Of a stretch of DNA of 64,000 nt, positions 33,632 to 42,741 are shown piece by piece (the stretch's first letter is position 1; each line of letters starts with the position of its first letter). The position numbers were made by a program, and so were the translations under genes. The notes beneath the pieces were generated by a model. It was not told the origin of the DNA. It made no database searches and saw only the letters and a list, made by a program, of their open reading frames with translations. Source of the DNA: an uncultured Alphaproteobacteria bacterium (GTDB taxonomy: Bacteria > Pseudomonadota > Alphaproteobacteria > HIMB59 > GCA-002718135). Location of the stretch: contig CACPNW010000006.1 in the NCBI GenBank assembly GCA_902635455.1, forward strand, positions 961 to 64,960, in the 5' to 3' direction.

Positions 33632-34940
33632 TCAAATCTCTTAGCTTGTAATAAAAAATTGCAGATGAATATATTGGTCTTCTAAATAAATTTGCAGCAG
33701 GTATAGAAATATGTTTAATTTTTGCAAAAAGATTAAATCTTTCATCATTGCCCTGAATTTTTTCTGTAATTAATTTACCAGCTAAACCACTAAGCGCTAA
33801 ACCATGTCCAGAATATCCGAATGCATAAAAAAGTTTTTCATTCATCATTATTCCAAAACTTGGTAATCTATTTACTGTAATTGCTAATGTGCCACCCCAG
33901 GAAAAATCAATTTTATAATTTTTAAGCTGAGGAAATACCTTTATCATTCTTTTGTGTACAAAATCTTTTGATTCTTTTAAAAAATATGAAGAAAATGTTT
34001 CACCTCCTCCAAAAATTAATCTCCAATCCTCCGAAAACCTATAATAATCAATTATAAATCTTGTATCACAAACAGCATAATTATTATGGATTATTTCTTT
34101 AGCTTTTTCCTTTCCTAAGGGCTCCGTTGCTATTACATAATTATTAATAGGCATAAAAATATTACTTTTGTTATTTAATAAATTATCTAAATAGCCATTA
34201 CATGCCACAACAACTTTTTTTGCTTTTATTGTATTTTTTTTACAATTTACTTTAATATAATCTTTGTGGTCTACTAAGCTTAATACAGGAGTATTTTCAA
34301 ATATTTTGACATTTTTTTTAATTAATATTTTTGACAACCCAATTAAAAATTTTAATGGATTAATATGGTAGCTGTTTAAATTTAATAAACCAGATTTATA
34401 TATATCTGAACTGATTTGATGCTTTATTTCATTTTTATTGAATATTTTATATCCATTAAAATTATAATTTTTTAAAAGATAATTTAATTCAATATCGAAT
34501 TCTTTAAAATCATTATTAAAGCATCCTGCTGATAAAACACCATTTACTAATGAACAATCAATATTATTTTTCTTTATTAGGCTTAGGCATTCTTCTACAG
34601 CTTCCAAACCTAAATCCCACAAATCTTTCGCATGAATTTTACCAAGTTTTTTTTCTAAATAAATTTGATCTTTTCTCATTCCTATGCCCAATTGACCACC
34701 ATTGCGCCCTGAAGCACCAGAACCTATTTTTCTAGCCTCGCATAAGGCAACAGAATATCCCTTATTTGATAAATTAAGAGCACTAGTTACGCCTGTAAGT
34801 CCTCCACCAATAATACATATATCAATATTTAAATCTTCATTTAACTTATCGTTCGAATTCAGCGGTTTTATTGAGCTTTTATAAAAACTACCTATTTCAT
34901 TATCGTGTTGTTCATATGTATTTTTTTTGTTAAAGATCAT
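33618..34940 (-). CDS. puuB: FAD-dependent oxidoreductase, gamma-glutamylputrescine oxidase-like
   Basis: GGGLTG, GASGRNGGQ, AVCDTRFIIDYYR, WGGTLAIT, GYSGHG; divergent from PuuA-like gene. Confidence 0.8.
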   Translation of the reverse strand: MIFNKKNTYEQHDNEIGSFYKSSIKPLNSNDKLNEDLNIDICIIGGGLTGVTSALNLSNKGYSVALCEARKIGSGASGRNGGQLGIGMRKDQIYLEKKLGKIHAKDLWDLGLEAVEECLSLIKKNNIDCSLVNGVLSAGCFNNDFKEFDIELNYLLKNYNFNGYKIFNKNEIKHQISSDIYKSGLLNLNSYHINPLKFLIGLSKILIKKNVKIFENTPVLSLVDHKDYIKVNCKKNTIKAKKVVVACNGYLDNLLNNKSNIFMPINNYVIATEPLGKEKAKEIIHNNYAVCDTRFIIDYYRFSEDWRLIFGGGETFSSYFLKESKDFVHKRMIKVFPQLKNYKIDFSWGGTLAITVNRLPSFGIMMNEKLFYAFGYSGHGLALSGLAGKLITEKIQGNDERFNLFAKIKHISIPAANLFRRPIYSSAIFYYKLRDLINYL

Positions 34941-35015
34941 AAAAAATATGCAAACATTAATATCTCAATTCTTTTACTAAACAAGAATAAGATCTTTAAT
35001 TTATAAATCAATAAA

Positions 35016-36380
35016 ATGAGAGAAAAATTTGAAAATTGGCTAAATAATAATTCAATTACTGAGGTTGAATGCTTAGTTCCTGATTTAGGGGGTATTGCAC
35101 GAGGAAAGATTTTACCTACTAAAAAGTTTATTCAAGGATTAAATAATGACAGTCATAGATTGCCACAATCAGTCTTTATTCAAACTATTTCAGGAGGATA
35201 TGCAACAGAAGATGAAGAGTTGCCTGTTGATGTTTATAATCCTACAGACATTGATGTTATATTAAGACCAGATTTTACTACGATTAGAAGTGTTCCTTGG
35301 TACGATGATCCTACTGCCCAAGTAATATGTGATGCTGTAAATTTAAATGGCACATCAGTAATAAATGCTAGCCGCACAGTATTAAAAAAAATATTAAAAA
35401 TGTATGATGAAGAAGGTTTTGAACCAATAGTGTCTCCCGAAGTTGAATTTTATCTTGTAAAACCAAACCAAGATCCAGATTATCAATTAGAAGTTCCAAT
35501 TGGACAATCAGGTCGTGAAGAAACTGGAAAGCAGTCGTTTGGCATCGATGCTGTTAATGAGTTTGACCATCTATTTGAAGATTTATATAATTATTGCGAA
35601 ATACAAAATATTGAGATTGATACAATTAATCATGAAAGTGGATCTGCTCAGATGGAAATAAATTTTCAACACGGCAATCCTCTTGAACTAGCTGACCAAG
35701 TTTTTTTATTTAAAAGAACTTTAAGACAAGCTGCTTTTAAGCATAAACTATACGCCACATTTATGGCTAAACCTATGCAAAATCAGCCTGGAAGTTCTTT
35801 ACATTTACACCAATCTTTATTTAATAAAAAAAATAAAAAAAATATTTTTTACAATAAAAAAAATACAATATCTAACGTTATGAAATATTATATTGGTGGT
35901 TTGCAAGAATTTACTCCAAAGTTAATGCCTATACATGCTCCAAATATAAATTCTTATAGACGTTTGTTTGCAACTTGGGATGCTCCAAAGAATACTTATT
36001 GGGGCATAGGTAATAGATCTTGTGGATTCAGAATTCCATCAAATGAAGAACATAGCATGAGAATAGAAAATAGAATTTCTGGATCTGATACAAATCCTTA
36101 TTTGATATTTGCGGCTAATTTAGCTGCTGGATACCTAGGCATTAAGAATAAAATTAAACCTACTCAAGAAACAAAAAAAAGTGTTTTTGGAGAGAAAAAA
36201 AGTTCACTACCAAAAAATATGGAAGAGGCAATTTTATTATTTGAAAAAGATGAACAAATAAATGAAGTATTTAATCAAAAATTTATTCGAACAATTGCAG
36301 CTATAAGAAGGGTTGAAAACCAAGCTTATCTTAATGTAATTAGCTCATGGGAAAGAGAATTTTTATTATTAAATGTTTAA
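35016..36380 (+). CDS. puuA: Glutamine synthetase-like gamma-glutamyl-polyamine ligase
   Basis: EVECLVPD..GIARGK, HE.G.AQMEIN, TFMAKP, H.HQS, RIENR. Confidence 0.8.
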   Translation: MREKFENWLNNNSITEVECLVPDLGGIARGKILPTKKFIQGLNNDSHRLPQSVFIQTISGGYATEDEELPVDVYNPTDIDVILRPDFTTIRSVPWYDDPTAQVICDAVNLNGTSVINASRTVLKKILKMYDEEGFEPIVSPEVEFYLVKPNQDPDYQLEVPIGQSGREETGKQSFGIDAVNEFDHLFEDLYNYCEIQNIEIDTINHESGSAQMEINFQHGNPLELADQVFLFKRTLRQAAFKHKLYATFMAKPMQNQPGSSLHLHQSLFNKKNKKNIFYNKKNTISNVMKYYIGGLQEFTPKLMPIHAPNINSYRRLFATWDAPKNTYWGIGNRSCGFRIPSNEEHSMRIENRISGSDTNPYLIFAANLAAGYLGIKNKIKPTQETKKSVFGEKKSSLPKNMEEAILLFEKDEQINEVFNQKFIRTIAAIRRVENQAYLNVISSWEREFLLLNV

Positions 36381-37609
36381 GATATAGCTATATCTAAATG
36401 CTTTAAATACCAGGTCTTAAATTTTTCCAAACCTTTTTCCATTTTTGATAAAGGCCCAGGTACATATTTTTTTGACAATACTCCCTTTTGGTTGTCTTCA
36501 ATAATTCTTTTATCTGCAATAGTAGTAACATCCCACATCCATTTAATCTCTTCAAGATCATAATCTTTCCCCTCCTTAGCGTCTTTATGTACAAGCCACA
36601 TAAGCTCTACTTGTGTATGTAATGTGGAAACAGGAATAAAAGTAAACAAAGTAGCAAAATCATTGCACATTAACAAACTGTTAAATGGAGATGTGCCTAC
36701 AGAGGTATAACCTCGATCATAATTTTTAAACTTTCCCATTAATTTTGAAATTGGTTTTCCAGATTTAGTTTCATTATATTTTCCTTCTTTCAAAGGAGTT
36801 CTCTCAGCACTTCTAGAATAATCATTAAATTCTGTTTCTGTATACTCCCCTGTAACATGACCCATTTTTTTTACTTCCAAATTCCAATTTTCTAACATTT
36901 TATTAAATTTTTTAGACGATGGACCAGTATTACTGCCCGCTCCATATGCTAAAATATAATCCTTATCATGAACCGAACAATATTCTGGATGCGATGGCTG
37001 ACAATGATAACATTCATGAAAATTATCTAGAGTGAGTTTCCAGTTTCCTTCAGTAGGATACAATTCTCTATGCGCTATTTTAGCTTCAGCTAATCCATGA
37101 AACTCAATAAATTTTCTAGTTGGAGAAATAAATTCATCGAAGTTGTTTGGGTTTTCAGATAAATTAATAAATATTAAACCTTCAAATATTTTTAAGTTAC
37201 ATTTATGCAGATTCCAATCTTCTTTATTAAAACCTTCATTCATTAATCTGGCAGATTTAATAGAGCCATCTAAATTATAGCTCCAAGCATGGTAAGGACA
37301 AGTTAGTAATTTTTTATTACCTTCATTCTCTAAACAAATATGTGAACCTCTATGCCTACAAACATTATAATGAGCATGAATTGTATTTTTTTCATCTCGA
37401 ATGATTATTATTGATTCGTTCCCTATATTAAATAGAAAATAATCACCAAAATTTGGTATTCTTGAAGAATGCCCAACAAAAACCCACTGTTTAGAAAAAA
37501 TGTTTTTTATATCAAGTTCAAAAATATCATTATCTACATAAAATGCCTGGTCTAATGTGTAGTTAGGTTTTTGTTTTTTTATTAAATTTTTAAGATCACT
37601 ATTATTCAT
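36377..37609 (-). CDS. Rieske non-heme iron oxygenase alpha subunit (GbcA/stachydrine demethylase-like)
   Basis: NVCRHRG...CPYHAW Rieske ligands; NWKL..DNFHECYHC...HP and distal D for mononuclear Fe; likely start MNNSDL at 37609. Confidence 0.85.
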   Translation of the reverse strand: MNNSDLKNLIKKQKPNYTLDQAFYVDNDIFELDIKNIFSKQWVFVGHSSRIPNFGDYFLFNIGNESIIIIRDEKNTIHAHYNVCRHRGSHICLENEGNKKLLTCPYHAWSYNLDGSIKSARLMNEGFNKEDWNLHKCNLKIFEGLIFINLSENPNNFDEFISPTRKFIEFHGLAEAKIAHRELYPTEGNWKLTLDNFHECYHCQPSHPEYCSVHDKDYILAYGAGSNTGPSSKKFNKMLENWNLEVKKMGHVTGEYTETEFNDYSRSAERTPLKEGKYNETKSGKPISKLMGKFKNYDRGYTSVGTSPFNSLLMCNDFATLFTFIPVSTLHTQVELMWLVHKDAKEGKDYDLEEIKWMWDVTTIADKRIIEDNQKGVLSKKYVPGPLSKMEKGLEKFKTWYLKHLDIAIS

Positions 37610-37629
37610 TAATTTATATATAATATTGA

Positions 37630-37658
37630 TTGAATATGCATTCAATGAAATTTATAAT
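37630..37658 (+). promoter_or_regulatory. Palindromic operator TTGAATA-TG-CATTCAA overlapping sigma70 promoter TTGAAT-N17-TATAAT
   Basis: Operator 37630-37645; -10 TATAAT at 37653-37658; ATG at 37665. Confidence 0.75.
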
Positions 37659-37664
37659 TAACTG

Positions 37665-39005
37665 ATGGCTAACCTTTACCATAAGGATATATATAACTTT
37701 GATGAACCAGTAAAAAGCTACTGGGAGACAACAATTGATAGTAATTATTATAAATATGAAAAATTAAATAAAAATATTCAAACTAATATACTGGTTATTG
37801 GTGGTGGTTATACGGGAATTTCCTGCGCCTTATCTCTTGCTAAAGATTATAGTGAAGATGTTGTTTTAGTTGAAGCAGGACATGTTGGATGGGGATCATC
37901 TGCACGAAATGCTGGATTTTGCTGCATTCCACCTGCCAAGATGTCAGTTGAAGGTATGTTTAAAAAATATGGAAAAGAAGAAACAAAAAAATTTTTTAAA
38001 AACACAATTGAAGGATCAAACTTTACAAAAAATTTAATTTCAGAATATAAAATTGATTGTGATGTAACAGGTGATTGTAATTATGAGGTAGCTCCACATC
38101 CTAGCTATTATGAATCAATAAAAAAAGAAGCTGATGTATATAAAAACGAATTTGGTATAGAAACCAAAATATATTCAAAGGAAGAATTTGAAGAAATAGG
38201 ACATGGGGGTGAGGAACAATATGGAGCTTTTTCATATAAGCCAGGTTTTGCAATTAATCCTTTAAAATTCTTATTAGGTCTAGCGAATCAAGCAAAAAAA
38301 ACTGGTGTAAAAATTTTTCAAAAAAGCAAAGTAAGTAAAATCGAAAAAATTGGAGACAAATATAATATCATTATAAATAACAATATAAATATTAGTGCTA
38401 ATAAAATTGTTATGGCAACTAATGGCTTTTATAAAGATGACTTGTTTCCACAACTAAACAATAGGATTTTACCAGTTATATCCAATATTATTATTACAAG
38501 ACCGCTCAATGAGGAAGAGATTAAGTCACATAATTATGTAACTAATAACCCTGTTTTAAATAATAGAAATTTATTGTTTTATTATCGATTACTTAAAGAT
38601 AATCGTTTTTTGTTTGGTGCAAGAGGAGATCTAATTGGAAGTGAAAAATCATCTGAAATAAAATCAAAAAAAATGGAAAAACAAATGAAAAAAGTTTTTC
38701 CTAATTGGAAAAATGTAGAAATTGACTATCATTGGAGAGGTCTTGTAGCGGTAACAACAAAATTTACTCCATCGATAGGAAAGTTAGAGGAGGATGAAAT
38801 TTACTATAGTTTTGGCTATCAAGCTAATGGAGTAAATACTGCTCCTTGGTCAGGAAATAAGCTTGCAAAACTAATTGTATCAAACAGTAAAAATTTAAAT
38901 ATCTCAAAATTTTTTCAAGGATTACCTAAGACAATTCCATTTCCTAAATTAAGACTATTTTATTTAAAGCTATATTTAATCTATTATTCTTTAATGGATA
39001 AATAG
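37665..39005 (+). CDS. FAD-dependent oxidoreductase (DadA/PuuB-like amine oxidase)
   Basis: GGGYTG, G.S.RNAGF, YYR...D.RFLFG.RG, WRG. Confidence 0.82.
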   Translation: MANLYHKDIYNFDEPVKSYWETTIDSNYYKYEKLNKNIQTNILVIGGGYTGISCALSLAKDYSEDVVLVEAGHVGWGSSARNAGFCCIPPAKMSVEGMFKKYGKEETKKFFKNTIEGSNFTKNLISEYKIDCDVTGDCNYEVAPHPSYYESIKKEADVYKNEFGIETKIYSKEEFEEIGHGGEEQYGAFSYKPGFAINPLKFLLGLANQAKKTGVKIFQKSKVSKIEKIGDKYNIIINNNINISANKIVMATNGFYKDDLFPQLNNRILPVISNIIITRPLNEEEIKSHNYVTNNPVLNNRNLLFYYRLLKDNRFLFGARGDLIGSEKSSEIKSKKMEKQMKKVFPNWKNVEIDYHWRGLVAVTTKFTPSIGKLEEDEIYYSFGYQANGVNTAPWSGNKLAKLIVSNSKNLNISKFFQGLPKTIPFPKLRLFYLKLYLIYYSLMDK

Positions 39006-39037
39006 ATTTATGAGAATACCTGAAAGATTTGAGGATC

Positions 39038-39181
39038 ATGAAGCAAAAGTATAAATATTTTTTTATTTTGTATATTTTTATGCTCTTCTTATTAAGCTGC
39101 AATAATAATCAAAATATAAAAGGTAAGAAGGGTGACTTTTCTTTTAGAAAATGTACAAATTGTGAAATATTAGATGATTAA
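39038..39181 (+). CDS. Putative 47-aa small lipoprotein (not in ORF track)
   Basis: MKQKYKYFFILYIFMLFLLSC lipobox signal, C-terminal CTNC; stop codon directly abuts aguA ATG. Confidence 0.55.
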   Translation: MKQKYKYFFILYIFMLFLLSCNNNQNIKGKKGDFSFRKCTNCEILDD

Positions 39182-40237
39182 ATGAAAAATCCTAAAGAAC
39201 TAAACTATTATATGCCTGCAGAATGGCATCCTCATGAATGTTGTTGGATGCAATGGCCATATGAAAACCCTAAACATAGTGGGTATGGAGATGTTCCTTC
39301 TTGGTCTCATTTTGATTTTGATAAAGGAAGATTAGCTTGGGCTAGTGTTGCAAATGCTATCTCAGAATTTGAAAAAGTCAAAATGATAGTTCATCCTGAT
39401 GAATTAAGAAAAGCAAAAAATTTATTAAATAATAAAATACAAATTATTGAACTAAAAATTGATGATTGTTGGGCCAGAGACAGTGGGGCAATTTTTTTAT
39501 TAAATGACAAAAATAAACTTGGTGGAATTGATTGGGAATTTAATGGGTGGGGCAAATTCAAACCTTATGATTCTGATAATAAAATTGCTAAATTTATGAT
39601 AGAAAATTCTTCTGCAACATATTTTAAAAATAATATGATTCTTGAAGGAGGCTCTATTCATATAGATGGGAAAGGAACGCTATTAACTACAGAACAATGT
39701 TTACTAAATAAAAATAGAAATCCTAATTTGTCAAAGGAAGAGATTGAAAAAAATTTAAAAGAATTTTTAAATGTAAATAAAATTATCTGGCTAAAAAATG
39801 GTACTGATGAAGGAACAGATGGGCATGTTGATAATATTGCATGTTTTGTTAAACCAGGCAATGTAATAGCTCTTAGTTGTAAAGATAAAAATGATACTTT
39901 TTATGATAGAATTAATGAAAATTTAGAAATTCTAAAAACATCAATTGATAGTAGAGGAAAAAGACTAGAAGTTACCGAAATAGAGATGTCTTATAAAAGA
40001 TTAATCCCTAACGATGATGAGCCAAGTTCATATATTAATTTTTATATCGCAAACGATGGAATCGTTATGCCTAGTTTTGACGATGAAAAAGCAGATATTA
40101 ATGCAAAAACTATTGTACAAAATGCCTTTCCTGATAAAAAAATTATTTGTATAAATGGGATTGATATATCTATGGGTGGAGGTAATGTCCATTGCATAAC
40201 GCAACAACAACCAAAAAGTATTAATGAACATAATTAG
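39182..40237 (+). CDS. aguA: Agmatine deiminase
   Basis: MPAEW.PH, W.RDSG, EGGSIHIDG, TDGHVD, SYINFY, GGGNVHCITQQQP. Confidence 0.9.
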   Translation: MKNPKELNYYMPAEWHPHECCWMQWPYENPKHSGYGDVPSWSHFDFDKGRLAWASVANAISEFEKVKMIVHPDELRKAKNLLNNKIQIIELKIDDCWARDSGAIFLLNDKNKLGGIDWEFNGWGKFKPYDSDNKIAKFMIENSSATYFKNNMILEGGSIHIDGKGTLLTTEQCLLNKNRNPNLSKEEIEKNLKEFLNVNKIIWLKNGTDEGTDGHVDNIACFVKPGNVIALSCKDKNDTFYDRINENLEILKTSIDSRGKRLEVTEIEMSYKRLIPNDDEPSSYINFYIANDGIVMPSFDDEKADINAKTIVQNAFPDKKIICINGIDISMGGGNVHCITQQQPKSINEHN

Positions 40238-40448
40238 TAAATCAATCAAGCACTGTACTGATTCTAATGAAAATTATTTCAAACACATGATTGTTGCTAT
40301 AAAGATAGCTCTTAATCTTTTAATGGCTTCTATTATGGCTTTCATACATGCTATTATTCCAGCATTTTTTGAAAAGGGTGCAAGCAAAAAAATAATTACT
40401 TTACATAATTATCTTAAAAAAAAGAATAGGATAAATCATGAAAATTAA
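40224..40448 (+). CDS. Small membrane protein, DUF6356-like
   Basis: H.....E.YF.H...A.......IHA..P..F...AS pattern. Confidence 0.6.
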   Translation: MNIISKSIKHCTDSNENYFKHMIVAIKIALNLLMASIMAFIHAIIPAFFEKGASKKIITLHNYLKKKNRINHEN

Positions 40449-41307
40449 AGTTGCTGCTACTCAAATGTCATGTACTTGGGAAATTGAAGAAAATATTTCA
40501 AAGGCATCAAACTTAATAAAAAAAGCAGCAGGTATGGGAGCCAATATAATCTTACTTCAAGAATTATTTCAAACTCCTTATTTTTGTATTCAGTATGATG
40601 AAGAAATTTTCAAATTAGCACAAACTTTTGAAAAAAATGAAACTCTAGAGCATATGGCAAAACTAGCAAAAGAGTTAAAAGTTGTTCTTCCAATAAGTTT
40701 TTTTGAAAAAGATAATAATGCCTATTTTAATTCTATTGCTGTAATTAATTCAGATGGAAATATTCTTGGTGTTTATAGAAAATCCCATATTCCTGATGGA
40801 GCTGGGTATTTAGAAAAATATTATTTTAATCCAGGCAACACAGGTTTTAAAGTTTGGGAAACTGCCTATGGAAAAATTGGAATAGGAATTTGCTGGGACC
40901 AGTGGTTTCCAGAAGCTGCTCGTATTATGGCTTTAAAAGGTGCTGATATGTTATTTTATCCAACTGCAATAGGAGATGAATTAATGAGCGAATATGATAG
41001 TTCAGGTTCATGGCAAAGAGTGATGCAAGGCCACGCTGCAGCCAACATAATGCCAGTGATCGCATCAAATAGAATTGGATCTGAATCTGTGAAAGGTCAG
41101 ACAAACGGTTTTTATGGTAAATCATTTATTGCAGATAGGTCTGGCAAAATCATAAGTGAGGCTTCAAAAGATAAAGAGGAAATAATATTAGCTGATGTTG
41201 ATACGGAAGAGGATCATCTTTTTAGAAGAAATTGGGGACTTTTTAGAGACAGAAGAACAGACTTATATAAAGAAATTTTAACACTTGAAGGCAAGCTTAA
41301 AGATTAA
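40438..41307 (+). CDS. aguB: N-carbamoylputrescine amidase
   Basis: LQELF, YRKSHIPDG.GY.EKYYF, GICWDQWFPE, YPTAIG. Confidence 0.93.
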   Translation: MKIKVAATQMSCTWEIEENISKASNLIKKAAGMGANIILLQELFQTPYFCIQYDEEIFKLAQTFEKNETLEHMAKLAKELKVVLPISFFEKDNNAYFNSIAVINSDGNILGVYRKSHIPDGAGYLEKYYFNPGNTGFKVWETAYGKIGIGICWDQWFPEAARIMALKGADMLFYPTAIGDELMSEYDSSGSWQRVMQGHAAANIMPVIASNRIGSESVKGQTNGFYGKSFIADRSGKIISEASKDKEEIILADVDTEEDHLFRRNWGLFRDRRTDLYKEILTLEGKLKD

Positions 41308-42682
41308 GATACCATTTGTATTCAATATCAGAAATTTCAGCTTTAAAAGCTTCAATTTCTTTTCTTTTTAAATCAGAAAACATTTTTACATATTCTTCAG
41401 TATAATAATCACTACAAAATTTCGAATTTTCAAATAATTCAATAGCTTTTTCTATATTCTTTGGCATTTTTGGGTCGGGGTCTGTACATGCGTTGTCAAT
41501 TCTAAATTCTGAAGGAGATATTTTATTAACGAGACCATAATGTATTCCTGATAAAATTGCAGAAAGAACGAGATAAGCATTTGATTCTGCACCAGCAACT
41601 CTATGCTCTATTCTTTTAGAGCTTTCATCACTTCTTGGAATTCTAAAAGCAACTGATCTATTATTAGGACCCCAGGAATTATTTACAGGAACAAACTGAT
41701 CAGGTTCAAAACGCCTATATGAATTAAAATTTGAAGCAAAAATTAAAAAATTATCATAAATTGATTTTTGTAAACCACCAATCGCATATTGCAACTCTTT
41801 GCTACCCTCTTCTTTAGAACTGGAAAAAATATTTTTATTTGTATTATCAAATAAGCTAATATGTACGTGCATACCACTACCAGTTTGATCAATAAATGGC
41901 TTAGAAATAAAACTAGCTTCATAATTATGTTTTATTGCAGTTTCTTTAATAACCCTTCTTAATAAAGAGGAGTCATCTGCTGCTTTTAAAATGTCATTGG
42001 TATGATTTAAATTAATTTCAAATTGTCCTGGTGCAAATTCAGAAGAAGCTGTAGATGCAGGGATATTTTGTATTTTGCAATACTTATTTACGTCTTCTAA
42101 AAAATCATAGAATTCATCCAGTTCTCTCATACCATAAACTTGATTACCTTCACTTTGTTTTTTGGTCTCATTTGATATGGGAGGCATAGGTCTCTCAGAA
42201 ATATTTTTCCTTTTCCTAAAAAGAAAAAATTCTAGTTCAAAAGCAACTTTAAAAGTTAAATGCAAATCATCAAATCTTTCTAGAACTTTTGCCAATACAT
42301 TTCTAGGATCTATAATAGAACTATACCTAGATTCATCTTGTATTGTTATTAATACTTGCCCCAATTTATCTTTGTGCCAAGGCATTTTTGTCAAAGTACC
42401 AGAAACAGGATAATAAGTGGCATCGGGGTCACCATCACTAAAACCTCTCCCTGCAGCATCAGGACAATAGCCTGTAGGGTCTAATAAAAAAGTTGAATAA
42501 CAAAATTGTATTCCTGATTTAAATAATTTTTCTGCATCTTTAATTGGCAATCGCTTACCTCTTATAATGCCTGATACATCCGTTAATATTGCATCTATAT
42601 ATTTTACATCTGGATTTGAATTACAAAAAGAATTAAACTCATCAATTGAGCCAAGTGAAACTTTGTTATATTTTAAACTCAT
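41297..42682 (-). CDS. Second glutamine synthetase-like gamma-glutamyl-amine ligase
   Basis: D..G..RGKR, ELEF, E.APGQFEIN, GSGMHVHIS, NRSVAFRIP, IEHRVAG. Confidence 0.82.
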   Translation of the reverse strand: MSLKYNKVSLGSIDEFNSFCNSNPDVKYIDAILTDVSGIIRGKRLPIKDAEKLFKSGIQFCYSTFLLDPTGYCPDAAGRGFSDGDPDATYYPVSGTLTKMPWHKDKLGQVLITIQDESRYSSIIDPRNVLAKVLERFDDLHLTFKVAFELEFFLFRKRKNISERPMPPISNETKKQSEGNQVYGMRELDEFYDFLEDVNKYCKIQNIPASTASSEFAPGQFEINLNHTNDILKAADDSSLLRRVIKETAIKHNYEASFISKPFIDQTGSGMHVHISLFDNTNKNIFSSSKEEGSKELQYAIGGLQKSIYDNFLIFASNFNSYRRFEPDQFVPVNNSWGPNNRSVAFRIPRSDESSKRIEHRVAGAESNAYLVLSAILSGIHYGLVNKISPSEFRIDNACTDPDPKMPKNIEKAIELFENSKFCSDYYTEEYVKMFSDLKRKEIEAFKAEISDIEYKWYLNL

Positions 42683-42741
42683 ATAAATTTTATATGAAAA
42701 ATTTAATTGAATGTCTATGTATTTAAATTTAAGTGTTATTT

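Noticed and set aside
35016-42682. GS-like genes as true glnA
   Set aside because: N-terminal motifs and association with PuuB/AguAB indicate gamma-glutamyl-amine ligases.
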